DNA from: Somniosus microcephalus
Taxonomy: Eukaryota
DNA length: 64,000 nt
NCBI GenBank assembly: GCA_052327205.1
Contig: JBMRGM010000043.1
Coordinates: 31,434,001-31,498,000 of the forward strand
Direction of reading: 5' to 3'
The translations under genes and the position numbers were made by a program. Under the pieces are notes generated by a model. The model was not told where the DNA came from. It did no database searches and saw nothing but the letters and a program-made list of their open reading frames with translations. How positions within the stretch are numbered: position 1 is the first letter of the stretch; each line of letters opens with the position of its first letter. Of the stretch, positions 12,471-25,920 are shown one piece after another.

Positions 12471-12774
12471 GTAAGTCTGCAAAATATTTGTATTTGTCAG
12501 TCATAACTATATCCATGATTATACTGAAAGGGTGAACATCGTCTTTGGCATGGTTGCAAATCAGGCGGCATTGCATCTACCACCATTTATACACCCCCGA
12601 ATTGAACTGAATATTGGATGGACATTGATGGGCGGTAGGGGCACTTCAGTCAGTTATTCCTCCACGCCCAATTCGAATTCTCCCCGTAGTATCTGATATA
12701 GCTCCGCTGGAGACAGTTACAATTTTTAAGAGCTAAATATTACCTTATTTTTGTTTTTGCTTTTTAGTTTATCA

Positions 12775-13535
12775 ACAGGCCAGTCAGCCTAACATAGTTA
12801 TTTGGAACCATTATTAGGGAAAAAATAAACTTTTATTTGGAAATCATGGTTTAATCAAGGAGATCCAACATGGATTTGTTGAAGGCAAATCGTGTCTGAC
12901 AAACTCGATTGAATTCTTTGATGAGGTAACAGAAACTTTTGATCAAGGTAGTGTAGTAAATGTTGTATATTATAGACTTTCGGAAGGCAGTCGACCGAGG
13001 CTTGTTAAAAAATATGTAAACTCATGGGATTAAGGGAACGTGGCGGTATGGATAGGGAATTAGCTCGGTGACAGGATGCAGAGTGTGGTGGTGGATGGAT
13101 GTTTCTCAGACTGGGAGGCGGTTTTGCAGTTCTGTTCCCCAAGGGTCAGTTTGGGGTCCATAACTCTTTGCAATTGCAATGAGCGACCGAGATTAAGGTG
13201 TAGGGGGCAACATTGTAAACTTGCAGATGACACATAACTTGGCCAGGTAGTAGATAGTGATGAGGATACTTGTAGTCTTCAGGGTAACATAGACAGGAAT
13301 GGTTAAATGGGCAGAAGCATGGCACTTGGAGTTCAACCCTGAGAACTGTGAAGTGATGTACTTCTGGAGAACTAAACTGGAAAGACAATATACAATAAAG
13401 GACTCGATTTTGAAAATGGTGGATGAGCAGAGATGACTTGGTGTGCTTATAAACAAATTCTTAAATATGGCAGGACAAGTTGCTAAGTTGGTTAAAGCAG
13501 CATAGGGAACACTTGTATTTTTTAAATAGCGGCTT
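12775..13535 (+). mobile_element. Old degenerate CR1 RT fragment (continues 15064-15900; paralog 43910-45520)
   Basis: Disrupted QHGF..GKSCLTNL, DF.KA and ADDT motifs. Confidence 0.8.
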
Positions 13536-15063
13536 AGATGCACTAAGGATGATTTTTCAGAATTCATTAGACTCGGGAACAGTGCCGATGGATTGGAGGG
13601 TAGCTAACGTTACCCCACTATTCAAAAAGGGGGGTAGGGAAAAAGCAGGTAATTACAGACCTGTAAGCCTTACATCAGTTGTGGGCAAAATGCTGGAGTC
13701 CATCATTAAGGATGAAATAGCGGAGCACTTAGCAAATGGGGACAGGATAGGACAGAGTCAACATGGATTTACAAAGGGTAAATCGTGCTTGACTAATCTA
13801 TTGGAATTTTTTGAGGGAGTAACTGGTAGAATAGATGGGGGAGAGCCAGTAGATGTGGTGTACCTGGACTTCCAAAAGGCCTTCGATAAGGTCCCACATA
13901 AAAGATTAGCATGGAAAATTGAGGCTCATGGGATAAAGGGGAAAGTTTTGGCGTGGATAGGGAACTGGCTGTCAGATAGAAAACAGAGAGTTGGAATAAA
14001 CGGCTCATTTTCTGAATGGCAGGCAGTAACAAGTGGGGTACCACAGGGATCTGTCCTGGGCCCCCAGCTGTTCACAATTTACATTAATGACCTGGATCAG
14101 GGAGTCGGATGCAGCATTTCCAAATTTGCAGACGACACTAAACTAGGAGGTGGGGTGGGCTCAGAGGAAGAGACCAGGAAGCTCCAGAGCGATTTGGACA
14201 GACTGGGCGATTGGGCGGATAAATGGCAGATGCACTATAATGTGGACAAGTGCGAAGTTATCCACCTTGGGTGCAGGAACGGGAGGGCAAATTATTATTT
14301 AAATGGCAATAGATTGGGAGAGGGGGAAGTACAGAGAGACCTGGGTGTTCTTGTACACCAGTCACTGAAGGCGAGCATGCAGGTGCAACAGGCGGTCAAG
14401 AAGTCAAACGGTATGCTGGCCTTCATAGCAAAAGGGTTAGAATACAGGAACAGGGATACCTTGCTGCAGCTGTACAGGGCACTGGTGAGACCACACCTCG
14501 AGTACTGTGTACAGTTTTGGTCGCCTCATCTGAGGAAGGATGTTCTTGCCATGGAGGGGGTGCAGCGGCGATTCACCAGGCTGATACCAGGAATGGCGGG
14601 AATGACCTATGAGGAGAGACTATGTAGTTTAGGGATGTACACACTGGAGTTTAGAAGATTGAGAGGGGACCTCATAGAAGTGTATAAAATTCTGACAGGT
14701 CTAGACAGACTGGATGCAGAAGGAATGTTTCCCTTGGCGGGTGAAAACAGAACTAGAGGACATAATTTAAGGATAAGGGCTAAACCATTTAGGACAGAGA
14801 TGAGGGGGAATTTCTTCACTCAGAGAGTGGTGAACCTGTGGAACTCATTGCCACAGAGGGCAGTGTACGCCAGCTCATTAAATATATTTAAGAGGGAATT
14901 AGATATATTTCTACGGGCAAAAGGGGTTAAGGGTTACGGAGAGAAGGGGGGGACGGGATACTGAATTAAAGGATCAGCCATGATCTCATTAAATGGCGGA
15001 GCAGGCACGAAGGGCCGAATGGCCTACTCCTGCTCCTATCTTCTATGTATCTATGTATCTATG
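13536..15063 (+). mobile_element. Young 5'-truncated CR1 LINE with uninterrupted RT-region ORF
   Basis: ORF 13480-14964 with NYRPVSLTS, YLDFQKAFDKV, SGVPQGSVLGP, FADD; (CTATGTAT)n tail; empty site in gene B at ~44665. Confidence 0.95.
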
Positions 15064-15124
15064 TAAAAGCAAAGAGAACATGCTAGAACTTTTGAAATCA
15101 GTAGTTAGACCTCAGCTGGACAAT

Positions 15125-15455
15125 TCTAGGCAGCAACTTGCCAAGGCTCCTTCGACAGCACCTCCGAAACCCGCTATCTCTTCCACCTAGAAGGACAAGG
15201 CGCATCAGAACACCACCTCCGAGTTCCCCTCCAAGTCAAACACCATCCTGCCTTAGAAGTATATCGCCGCTCCTTAATCGTCGCTTGGGCCAATATCCTG
15301 GAACTCCCTCCCTAACAGCACTGTGGGAGTACCTTCACCACACGGACTGCAGCGGTTCAAGAAGGCAGCTAACCACCACCTTCTCAAGGGCAATTAGCGA
15401 TGGGAAGTATATGTTGGCGTTGTCAGCGATGCCCACATCCCAAATACGAATAAAA
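15125..15455 (+). mobile_element. L2/CR1-group LINE 3' fragment (paralog 44735-45075)
   Basis: PRLLRQHL..PPRRTR..WNSLP..HLLKGN homology. Confidence 0.75.
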
Positions 15456-16021
15456 TCACACTTCAGGAAACATGTAAGAGGCAAAGAAAGCATACAGAGG
15501 ATGTTTACAGGATATTACCAGGGATGAGAGACTTTATATACGAGGAGTGGTTGGAAAATTAGGAGGTGGAAGAGAGAAGGTTAAGGGGTGAGTCAATAGT
15601 GGTTTTCAAGAGGACGAGAGGTTTTGTTAGAGTAGATAGAGAAACAATATTCCCTCTTGATCAATAACTAGAGTTCGTAGATTTAACATCATTGTAAAAA
15701 GATCTTGAGGGGAGATGTGGAGAACTATTTTTCATTCAGAGAGTTGTCGGTATCTAGAACACTCCACCTGAAAATTTGGTGGAAGCTATTTCCATCAATA
15801 ACTTTAGCAGTTAATTGGACGGATCTTTGAGGATGAGGACCTTACAGGGCTGCAGACAAAAGCCAGGGATATGGGACTAAGCAGGATTGCTCCTTCAAGG
15901 AGTTCTATGTTCTCTGTAGCTACTGCTGAATGTTTCTATGATGCTGTAACATTTCGTTGAAAGTGAACTTTGAGTTGTTGATGCATGAATCCTTAATATC
16001 TAAGAATATTTTCGTGCAAAG

Positions 16022-16113
16022 GGTGACAACTGAAAATAGATCTGTACCTCCGAGTGAAGAAACATCTGCGAGCAATTTCGAGTATGCAGTTGGGGGATCA
16101 GCCCCAAATACTG
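16022..16113 (+). CDS. Cytoplasmic exon 2, gene A (FEYAVG)
   Basis: 92 nt, phase 2-1, VTTENRSVPPSEETSASNFEYAVGGSAPNT; aAG / GTAAGC. Confidence 0.8.
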
Positions 16114-17096
16114 GTAAGCATGAACTGACACTTGAAAAATATGGTAGATTGTTCACGGTAACATTTGTTCTGCTGGTAACCCACTGTCACATCAGTGGAA
16201 GTTCAGTGAAAACTTTAGGGAGACGGCCGTTTCACATGACTTGCGCCAATATTCCGCCGACATTGCGACGAGACATGGTGGAAATCGACCATGGACATTG
16301 GAGATCTTCATCTGCAAGCATTCAGCATACTCTAGTTAGATTTATAACTTACTGCCTGGACAGGTAGCATCGCATGGGTTGAGCATACGAAGGGAAATAG
16401 TTTGGGGTCTTTGGCACGGTCCATTTGAACCATGTTGATAGAAAGAAATGCAGGTGGTTCAGTAAAGGATGTGCCTGTTGCCCCAGCAGACTGAGCTGTC
16501 TGCGCTCTTTGCAGATGATGCTAACTGCTCCGACGCCAAGACAAAAAGCTACCCCTTATTCCCTTTTCCTTTTGAATTAATTATTTCCTCTACTTCTCAT
16601 TCTCATCTTTTTCTGAAGTTAGTGGGTCCCAATCGGCCGGGATTGATAGGAAGGCATCTGGGTGCTAGTCCATATGTGTTAATCTCAGAAACTGATAATC
16701 AGACATAATGAGCAATATCTTGAGTACTCAATTGACATTGGGACCTGTCTCCTCACAACCACTACAAATCAAATTTCCAAGCAAAGAATGATGGAACTGG
16801 ACCTCTCACCGCTATCTGGGTGAAAGGAATGGAGAGAATGAGAGAATGTGCTGCTCACCGCCACCCTGTTTACAAGCAAGCGACTCAGCCCAGCCCCATG
16901 GCTTGGGACCAAGACACTTCATGACTTTGCTCACGGGACTTTGGATCAGCTTGTATTGATCAGGGTAAATAGTTGCTAGCTTTTAAAACCAGTGAACACA
17001 GCTGTAAATTTCCAATCATGAATTGTAGGATGGGTCTGGTATCTAAGTGCTTCCTTGATTATCATTGATCGCAGTTTCCTCTTTCTCTCTCTACAG

Positions 17097-17153
17097 CTTC
17101 TAGTTCTGACCAGGTAACCTACAGTTTAGTACAAGGCACGAAGCCCATGGAAG
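17097..17153 (+). CDS. ITIM exon, gene A (VTYSLV)
   Basis: 57 nt, phase 1-1, ASSSDQVTYSLVQGTKPME; pyrimidine tract, cAG / GTAAGG. Confidence 0.85.
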
Positions 17154-17699
17154 GTAAGGATTCGCTGTGTTACTTTGCTAGAGGGCTTGTAGCGTCTGTC
17201 TTCAGTTTGTGAGACGTCATCTGGGAAGAGCCTGAATCGATTGATGCATTATAGGACTGACACCACAGTACCAGTATTTGTAAAAGAAAAAATCACTATA
17301 GGCTCTTTGTAAGTTCCATCTCTCGGGATTAGTATCCTTAGAACCTGCACACAAACTCCCCTGTTCTGGTTTTTTGATAACATCATAACTGGCCGGACTA
17401 TTAATGTTGCCATAAACTGCAATGACGATAACAAATGCTTAATATAAGTCGATCGATACATTTGAAGGCAAATAATGTGTACTTTTGGTGGCAAACATCA
17501 TCCATTCTTGGACATTTAAATCAATGCTATTCAATTAATGGTTATATATCATCCTTATTAAACTGATGGAAAAGACATGATCTATTCCCATGCACTATAT
17601 TCATATTATGGATACTAATACGGTTGTCTCAATTCATTATCGCTATCAATTAATTTATATCAAGCAATCAATCAGTCTACCTTTGTAAATGGCTATCCA

Positions 17700-17845
17700 T
17701 TTATCCATCAATATGTTTCTATCTATGTATCTATCTATCTTTATATCTATTTTCCAAATATCTATATCTTTCTATCTATCTCCCCGTGTCTTCCTCCCTA
17801 TTTCTCTATATATATCTATCGTCTCTCTATCATCTATATATTAAT
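17700..17845. repeat. Degenerate (TCTA)n microsatellite (paralog 48175-48325)
   Basis: tctatctatgtatctatctatc runs. Confidence 0.75.
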
Positions 17846-17886
17846 CCCTCGTTTTTGACTTGTTTTCTCTTTTTGTTTCTGTTTAG

Positions 17887-17952
17887 ATATTACCGGAAAT
17901 GCTGCCAATTTAGTGTATTCGGAGGTCACTATCAGAAAGTCACGAGACTGTG
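17887..17952 (+). CDS. ITIM exon, gene A (LVYSEV)
   Basis: 66 nt, phase 1-1, DITGNAANLVYSEVTIRKSRDC; tAG / GTAAAT. Confidence 0.85.
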
Positions 17953-18059
17953 GTAAATTCTGTGAATTGTTCGCTGCTGTTGCTAAGGGAGATGATAATT
18001 ACAGTTCTAGATAATGTTGGGATATTCCTGTGCTTGGTATAGTGGGAATGAGGCACATG

Positions 18060-21000
18060 GACTGTAAACTAAATAGTGGGGGTTGGGAATCAGGTGAAGG
18101 GGAACTTCGAAAGTCAAAGAGAAGGTAGAAGGTAATAGTGCAAGGTAGCGATAGGGTTAATGATAACTAGAGAGTGACAGGAGGAGATAGAGCATACAAA
18201 CATAAACGTGCAACTACACATAGATTCAGAGTCGGTAAAAATGGTATAAAATAAATAAAAGTTATTTATCTGAATGCACACAGCATTCGTAACAAGATAG
18301 ATGAGTTGGCGGCATGAAGAGAAATAAATGTGTGTGATCTGAAAGCCATTACAGAGACGGGGTTGCAAGGTGACCAAGGCTGGGAACTGAATATTCAGGG
18401 GTATTTGACATTTCGGAAGAATAGGCAGAAAGCAAAAGGAGTTGGGTAGCTCTTTTAATAAAGGATGATATCAGTGCAGTGACGAGAAATGATATTGCCT
18501 CAGGAAATCAAGATGTAGATATAGTTTAAACGGAGAGAAGAAATAATAAGTGAAATAAGTCACTAGAGGGAGCAATCTATAGGCCTCGTAAAAGTACCTA
18601 CACTGTAGGACAGAGTATAAATCTTGAAATAATATTGGCTTGTAAGAAATATACTGTGATAATCATGGGCAATTTTAATCTTTATATAGATTGAACAAAT
18701 CGAATTGACAAGGTTAGCCTTGAGGACGAGTTCATAGAATGGATTCAGGATGTTTTGCTAGAACAATACGCTGTGGAATCAACCAGGGAGAAGGCTATTT
18801 TAGACCTGGCAATATGTAATGAGGCAGGATTAATTCATGATCTCATGGTAAAGGATTCTCTAGGGAACAGTGATCATAGCATGATGAATTTCTAATTCAG
18901 TTTGAGGGTGAGAAACTTGGGTCTGAAACTAGTGTCCTAAACTTAAATAAAGGCAGTTACAAAGGTATGAAGGCAGAGTTGGCTAACGTAGACTGGGAAA
19001 ATAGATTAATGAGTAAGACGGTAGAAAATCAGTGACAGGTATTTAAGGATATTTTTCGTAACTCTCAGCAAAGATTTATTCCAGCGTCAAAGGCAGACTC
19101 TACGAGAAGGATGAACATCTGTGGCTAACTAAAGAAGTTAAAGACGGTATCAAATTGAAAGAAGAGGCAGATAATGTTGCAAAAATTAGTGGTAGGTCAG
19201 AGGATTGGGAGATTTTTGGAATTCGGCACAGGATGAATAAAAAACTAATAAAGAGGAAGAAATAGATTATGAAAGGAAATTAGCACAAAATATAAAGAAA
19301 CAGACAGTAAGAGCTTCTACATGTATATAAATGGGAAGAGAATAGCTAAAGTAAACGTTGGTCACTTAGAGGATGGGACTGGGGAATTAATAATGGGAAA
19401 CAGGGAAATGGCAGAGACTTTGAATACACTAAAAGCATCACAATAATAATTGGTAATCAAGGGCTATGTTCACAATATATATCAGTAATTTAGGTGAGGG
19501 TACCAAATGTAATATTTCCAAGTTTGCTGACGTCACGAAACCAGGTGGGATTGTGAGTTGTGAGGAGGATGCAAAGAGGCTTCAAGGTGATTTGGAGAAG
19601 TTGACTGAATGGGCAAATACATGGCAGATGCAGTATAACGTGGATAAATGTGAGGTTATCCATTTCGGTACAAAAAACAGAAAGTCTGAATATTATTTAA
19701 ATGTTGATAGATTGGGAAATGCTGAATTACAGAAGGACCTGGCCGTCCCTGTACACCAGTCACTGAAAGCAAACATGGAGGTGCAGCAAGCAGTTAGGAT
19801 GGCAAATTATATGTTGGCCTCCATTGCAAGATGACTTAAGTAGAGGAAAAATGAAACCTTACTACATTATACGGGGCCTTGGTGAGACCTTGTGCATTTT
19901 TGGTCTCCTCACCTAAGAAAGGATAAACTTGCCACAGAGGGAGTGCAGCGAATGTTCACCAGTCTGATTCCTGGGAAAGCAGGACTGTCGGATGAGCAGA
20001 GATTTGGTCGACTAGGCCTGTATTCACTAGAGTTTAGAAGAATGAGAGGGGATCTCATTGAAACGTATAAAATTCTGACAGTGCTAGACAGACGGGATGC
20101 AGGGAGGATGTTTCCCTGGCTGGGCGGGTGGGGTCTAGAATGATGGGTCACAGTCTCAGGATGCGGGGTAGGACATTTAGGACTGAGATGAGGAGAAATT
20201 TCTTCACTCAGAGGGTGGTGAACCTATGTAATTCTCTACCACAGATGGCTGTCGAGGCCAAGTAACTGAATATATTTTTAGAAGGAGATAGCTAGATTTC
20301 CAGACACAAAAGGCATCAAGGGGTATGAGTAGAGAGCGCGAATATGATATTGAAATAGATAATCAGCCATGATCACTTGAATGGCGAGCAGGCTCAAAGG
20401 GATGAATGGCCTACTCCTGCTACTAATTTTCAATTCACTATGTTTTCTAAATCAATGACTATCACTAGAGAAAAACTGCGAGGCAAATTAATGAGACTAA
20501 AGACTGACAATTGCCCTGGACCTGATGGCCTACTTTCAAGGGTCTTAAAAGAAGAGGCTCCAGAGATACTGGATGCGTTGTTTGTAATCGACCAAAATTC
20601 CATGGATTCTGGCGAGCTCCCAGTGCCTTGGAGAACCGCAAATGAAGCACTTCTATTAAAGAAAGGAGGGAGGCAAAAAGCAGGAAACTATAGGCCAGTT
20701 AGCCTAACATCTGTCATTGGGAAAATGCGGGAATCCATTATTAAGGAAGTCATAGCAGGACATTTAGAAAATCCTAATGCAAACAAGCAGAGTCAACATG
20801 GTTTTATGGAAGGGAAATTGTGCTTGACAAATTTACCAGAGTTCTTTGAGGATGTAACGAGCAGGGTGGATAAAGGGGGACCATTAGATGTGGTGTATTT
20901 GAATTTCCAGAAGGCATTCGATAAGTTGCCACATAAAAGGTTACTGCACAAGATAAGAGCTCATGGGGTTGGGAGTAATATATTAGCATGGATAGTGGAT

Positions 21001-22035
21001 AGGATAACTAACAGAAAAATAAAAAGCCGGGATAAATGGGTCATTTTCCAGTTGGCAAACTTTAACTAGTGGGGTGCCACAAGAATCAGTGCTGGGGCCT
21101 CAACTATTTACACTCTATAGTAATGACCGGGCCAAATTTGCTGATGATACAAAGATAGGTGGGAAACAAATTGTGAGGAGTACACAATTAGTTTGCAAAT
21201 ATAGATATGTTAAGTAAGTGGGCAAAAATATCGCAGATGAAGATTAATGTGGGAAAATGTGAGATTATCAACTTTGGTAAGAAAATTAAAACAACAAATT
21301 ATTATTTAAATGGAGGGAGACTATTTAATCCTGCCATACAGAGGGATCTGGGTGTCCTCGTATTTGAAACACAAAAGGTTAGCATTCAGGTACAGAAAGT
21401 AATTAGGAAGGCAAATGGAATGTTGTCCTTTATTGCCAGGGGGTGGAGCATTAAAGTAGGGAAATCTTGCTACAACTGGAGTACTGCATGCAGTTTTGGT
21501 CTCCTTATTTCAGGCGGGATATACCTGCATTGGAGATAGTTCAGAGAGGGTTCACTAGGCTAATTCCTGAGATGAAGCGATTGTCTTCTGAAGAAACGTT
21601 GAGCAGGATGGGCCCATACACATTGGAGTTTAGAAGAATGAGAGGTGATCCTATTGAAACATATAAGATTCTGAGGGAGCCTGACAGGGTAGATTTAGGG
21701 AGGATGTTTCCCCTCGTGGGGTAATCTAGAAGTAGGGGGCACAGTCTCAGGATAAGGGATCGCCCATTTAAAATGGCGATGAGGAGTAATTTCTTCTCTG
21801 AGGTTCGTGAATCTTTGGAATTCTCTACCCCAGTGAGCTGTGGAGGCGGAGTCATTGATTGTATTCAAGGCAGAGATAGACATATATGTGAGCTACAGGG
21901 GAGTGAAGGTTTTTGAGGAGCGGATGGGAAAGTGGCGTTGAGGGCAATATCAGATGAGACATGATCTTATTGAATGGTGGTGCAGGTTCGAGGGACCGAA
22001 TGGCCTACTCTTGCTCCTATTGCTTATGTTTCTTA
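18060..22035 (+). mobile_element. Composite degenerate CR1 (endonuclease region plus two RT/3' fragments); paralog 48555-52185
   Basis: IMGDFN, ILDL, SDH endonuclease motifs; jump to FTIYI at 19466; 3' UTRs at ~20430 and ~22030. Confidence 0.9.
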
Positions 22036-22325
22036 TGAAATATCACGTAGATGTTATTAGCACATGTAATTTTTACCTTACTCAGCCTGGCCGAAAATGG
22101 ACAGGGTCTGGTGAAATGTCGGTTCTCAATCGCACCCATTTTTACTCTCCTACTACAATGGAGAGAAAATCCACTGGGGATAAACCCAGAAATTGTCCCG
22201 ATCCCTTCAGTTTACCGGTAGGGTAGGTGAGATTAAAATGACCCCGGATTAGGCTGGATTCATCTAATTCTGTTCATCAACTTCCCCAGATTGTTTCATT
22301 TATAATGCGTCTCCTTTATTTACAG

Positions 22326-22357
22326 GTAATGATGGTGGCGCCTCAGGAAGGAAACAG
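22326..22357 (+). CDS. Cytoplasmic mini-exon, gene A
   Basis: 32 nt, phase 1-0, GNDGGASGRKQ; cAG / GTAAGT; supplies the phase shift required by the last exon. Confidence 0.8.
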
Positions 22358-22947
22358 GTAAGTTATCTTTATAGGGGAAAGATGCTGCTGATAAATACCA
22401 CGACCAATGCGGGTAGATTTCTAACTTACCTTCGCAAAGTAAAGTGTCAGCCATCAGTTATAGCAATGGCCCGATTGATACACACACCCTTATTGAAAAG
22501 ATAGTCGTTTGGACTGTGAACCGAGCAGCACATTCGCTGTCACCCGTTATGGTCCCACACTGCCCAAAAGCAATTTTAAACCTGATGTCTATTATTCTCT
22601 ATCATTGGGGCAGATATTCTGCTTGCTTCTTGGGCTTAATAGAGGCAATCAGGATCTTTCACGCAGAATAGAAAACGCACACATTTAATTTGCATTGATT
22701 TGAATTAAAAGTAGAATCCGGCGGTTCCGATCACTGCAAGTTTTAAGCCTTGACCCAATTTCTAATATCCACATCATTCTGTCTGCAAAGGTCATCACTA
22801 AACTGAATATATTGTCTCCACCCCACTCAAGTAGCCAGTGAATAGTAATTTAATTCCCGACGATTATTTTAAAAATTCAGTTACCAGTTGTTTACAAAAT
22901 GGTAAAGACAATTGTAGATTCATTCCCCCGAAAGTTCATTGCAATCA

Positions 22948-23535
22948 TGGGTGCAGTAGCTTAGTGGTGACATAACTGGACTAATAATCCAGAGGCTTCG
23001 ACTAATGATCCGAAGAAATGAATTCAAATCCCACCACCGGCAGCTGGGGAATGTAAACTCAGTTAAATAAATAAATCTGGGATAAAAAGCTGATAACAGT
23101 AAAGGCGACCACGACACTCTCAGGTTGTTGTAAAACCCAACTAATGTCCTCCAGGAAGGAAATTGGCTGTCCTTACCTGGTCTACCCTATATGTGACTCC
23201 AGACCCACTGCCAATGTGGTTGACAGTTAACTGCCCCTGAAATGGCCGAGCAAGCGGCGCAATTGCAACAAACCATTACGAAAAGATGTTACCCCTATGG
23301 TAACACCTTCCCCTCCAAGTCACACACCATCCTGACTTGGAAGTACATTGCCATTCCTTCATCGTCGCTGGGTCAAACTCCTGGAACTCCCTGTCTAACA
23401 GCACTGTGGGATAACCTTCACCACACAGATGCAGCATTCCAAGAAGGCGGCTCACCACCACCTTCTCCAAGGCAATTACGGAGGAGCAATAAATGCGGGC
23501 CTTGCCAGTGATGCCCACATCCTGTGAATGAATAA
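22948..23535 (+). mobile_element. tRNA-derived SINE followed by L2-type 3' fragment (paralog 53093-53680)
   Basis: A-box-like TAGCTTAGTGG, B-box-like TTCAAATCC, L2-type end ..CCCACATCC(TGAA)n. Confidence 0.65.
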
Positions 23536-23840
23536 AAAATTATCATCCCTTGTTTAAATTTAGTCGTTGGTTTATTCATTGCTCGTTTCATTCCAACCAT
23601 TTTCTTTAATTTTTTTGCTATAAAATAAATTCAGAGAGGAATCATAAGTGTATTTTTGTGTGACCTCAGCCAGTTAATTGTCAGTAGTTTTGAACACACT
23701 GAAAATCGGGCGATATTGAATTGGCCATCCATTATCCATCTCTCCCGACTTCCCTTCCACTGAAATAACCACTGATTCTACCTCGCCAGCTGTGCGCCAC
23801 CGCCTGAGACCAATTTCAGCTTCCTGTTCATTAATTCCAG

Positions 23841-23969
23841 GCTAACAAGAATGGTCCCAACGACTATTGTGTCACATACGCCATAGTTAACCGTGCAAAC
23901 ACTGAAGCTAGTTTGGAAGGAGGCCCAATGGAAGAAGGCTGTGTCTACGAAAACTTTCCACGGAAATAA
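23841..23969 (+). CDS. Terminal coding exon, gene A (ITIM VTYAIV, YENF)
   Basis: ANKNGPNDYCVTYAIVNRANTEASLEGGPMEEGCVYENFPRK*; ccAG acceptor, phase 0. Confidence 0.88.
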   Translation, partial: ANKNGPNDYCVTYAIVNRANTEASLEGGPMEEGCVYENFPRK

Positions 23970-25374
23970 GAGCAAAGCAGGATTAACAAGCATAGAAACA
24001 ACAAAGAAAACAGAATGGAGGCAACGGCAATCAACTTGTGCTCTGCGCAAATTACCTGCCCTCAGGGACTTTAGTCTGAAGGCAGGTTAGGCCATTGTTC
24101 CTTGTGCAAGGCCTTCTAGGCACAGAGTTCGTGCCCGCCAGCCATTCAATTTATACGTATGTTTTACTCTGACAGGACTTTATATCTCTGCAGCTTATAT
24201 TTTGCAGAGGGCTCCTACCTCTGGCTTTGGTGGTGCTACCTGCAAGACTATACTGTTTGTAAGACCATTACATCAGAATGTATACCCATTTTATCCATGT
24301 TAAAATGCAATTAACTAACGGGCGTGTTGGGGCTCTTGCTCTAATATTCTGCCAGTGTTCTTGAATGCTTCCGTAACTGCAGAGGGAGATCAGTAGATCT
24401 TCTGGAGAAATTATGCAAATGGCCGAAGGTGGGAGAAAACCTGTAGCAATTTCCAGGGTCAATTTTTTCTTTAATAATGTTGTAAAATGAATGCTATCAA
24501 ATTGACCGCTTGTATAACCCCACGGCCTATTTACTTTTCCATTATTTTCAATAAAGGAAAAGCGGGCATGATGTACAATGGGAGCCTTGATTGATATCAT
24601 ACATTTCCCATCCTCGCCCAAATTCCAATCTATCTGACTGCCACAAATAAACTGTGTATAGAGTAACTGGTTACTGCTTAATCTTCATCACCTTGGGGTT
24701 TAGCATTCGAGGGGCAGAGCGCAGGATAATACATCTGGCGGGGAGGATGGCTTGTTACTTGCAAAACCCATCGAATTTTGCTTTCTTTCAGCCTTTAAAC
24801 ATCAGGCCATTCCGTTACCGGTATCCCTCTTGCCAAATCTTCCATCCACATTCTGGCGGTAAAGTCTGAACTCTACCTCACCATATATTAGTGCCAAATG
24901 CATAAGACATAGCGTTTTGTATTGCTACATGATATGATGGGATTTTAAAAATTACACAGAATTTAAAGCACAGTAACCGGCCATTCTGACCAACAGGTCT
25001 GTGCTTGTGTTTATGATGCACACGAGACTCTTCTCACCTTCTTTCGTCTAATCCTATCAATATCTCCTTTAATTCCTTTCTCTCATATGTACTTATCTAG
25101 ATTACCCTTTAAGATATCTGTGTTGTTCGCCTCCATCACCTAAACTTCTGGAATTTCTATAAGTGGACTCCTCTTCTCTATGCCTACCCTATCAAACCCC
25201 TTCATAATTTAAAATAACTCTACTCGTTCTCCCCTCAGACCTCTGTTTTCTACAGAAAAGAATCCCGATCTATTAGTTATATCTTGAGAGTTAAGACGTT
25301 TCATTTCTGGTACAATGCTCCTCAATACGTTTTACCGTCTCTTTTTCCTCTATGCATTTTGTAATATATAACAA

Positions 25375-25920
25375 TAAAGAACATAAGAAGTAGGAGCAGG
25401 AGTAGACCATATGGAGCCTCGAGGCTGCTCTTGCATTCAATAAGATCATGGCTGATCTTCAAACTTAACTGCACTTGTTTGCCCGGTCTCCATGTCCCAT
25501 GTATCCACTAGAATCCAAAAATCGATCTTATCTCAGCCTTGAATGTACTGAACGATTCTGCATGCACAGCTAATTGGGAAAGAGAATTCCAAAGAGTAAC
25601 TAACCTCTGAGTGAAGACATTTCTCCTCATCGCTGACCCATATCTTGAGACTATGCCCCCTAGTTATAGACTCTCCAGCCAGGGGATACAGCCTGTCAGC
25701 ATATAACCTGCAAATCCCCCTCAGAATCTTATGTTTCAATGAGCTCACCCCTCATTCTTCTAAAATCCAGTGCTTATGGTCTCAATCTACTCAATCTCTC
25801 CTCATCGGACAACCCTCTCATCCCGGGAATCAATCTAGTGGAGCTGCATTGAACCGCCTCTAAAATGGAGACCACAAGTGTACACAATACTTTAATGTGG
25901 CCCAACTACGTTTCTATACA
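25375..25920 (-). mobile_element. CR1 3' fragment (paralog 55270-55800)
   Basis: Reverse-complement tail acataagaagtaggagcaggagtag; RGHSLKI motif. Confidence 0.8.

Larger units (their letters stand above)
848..23969 (+). other. Gene A: FCRL-like inhibitory Ig-superfamily receptor, 5'-incomplete
   Basis: Ig exons, TM exon and five cytoplasmic exons join in compatible phase through AG/GT sites to TAA at 23967-23969; the 848 exon is frameshifted. Confidence 0.8.

Noticed and set aside
13480-14964. 494-aa reverse transcriptase ORF as a host gene, retron or DGR component
   Set aside because: Typical CR1 ORF2 with 5' truncation and CR1 tail, intronic and absent from the paralog; no template/variable repeat pair seen
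24176-24260. Additional last exon after acceptor-like ctctgacAG
   Set aside because: Lies downstream of the stop at 23969, and its frame is not conserved in gene B
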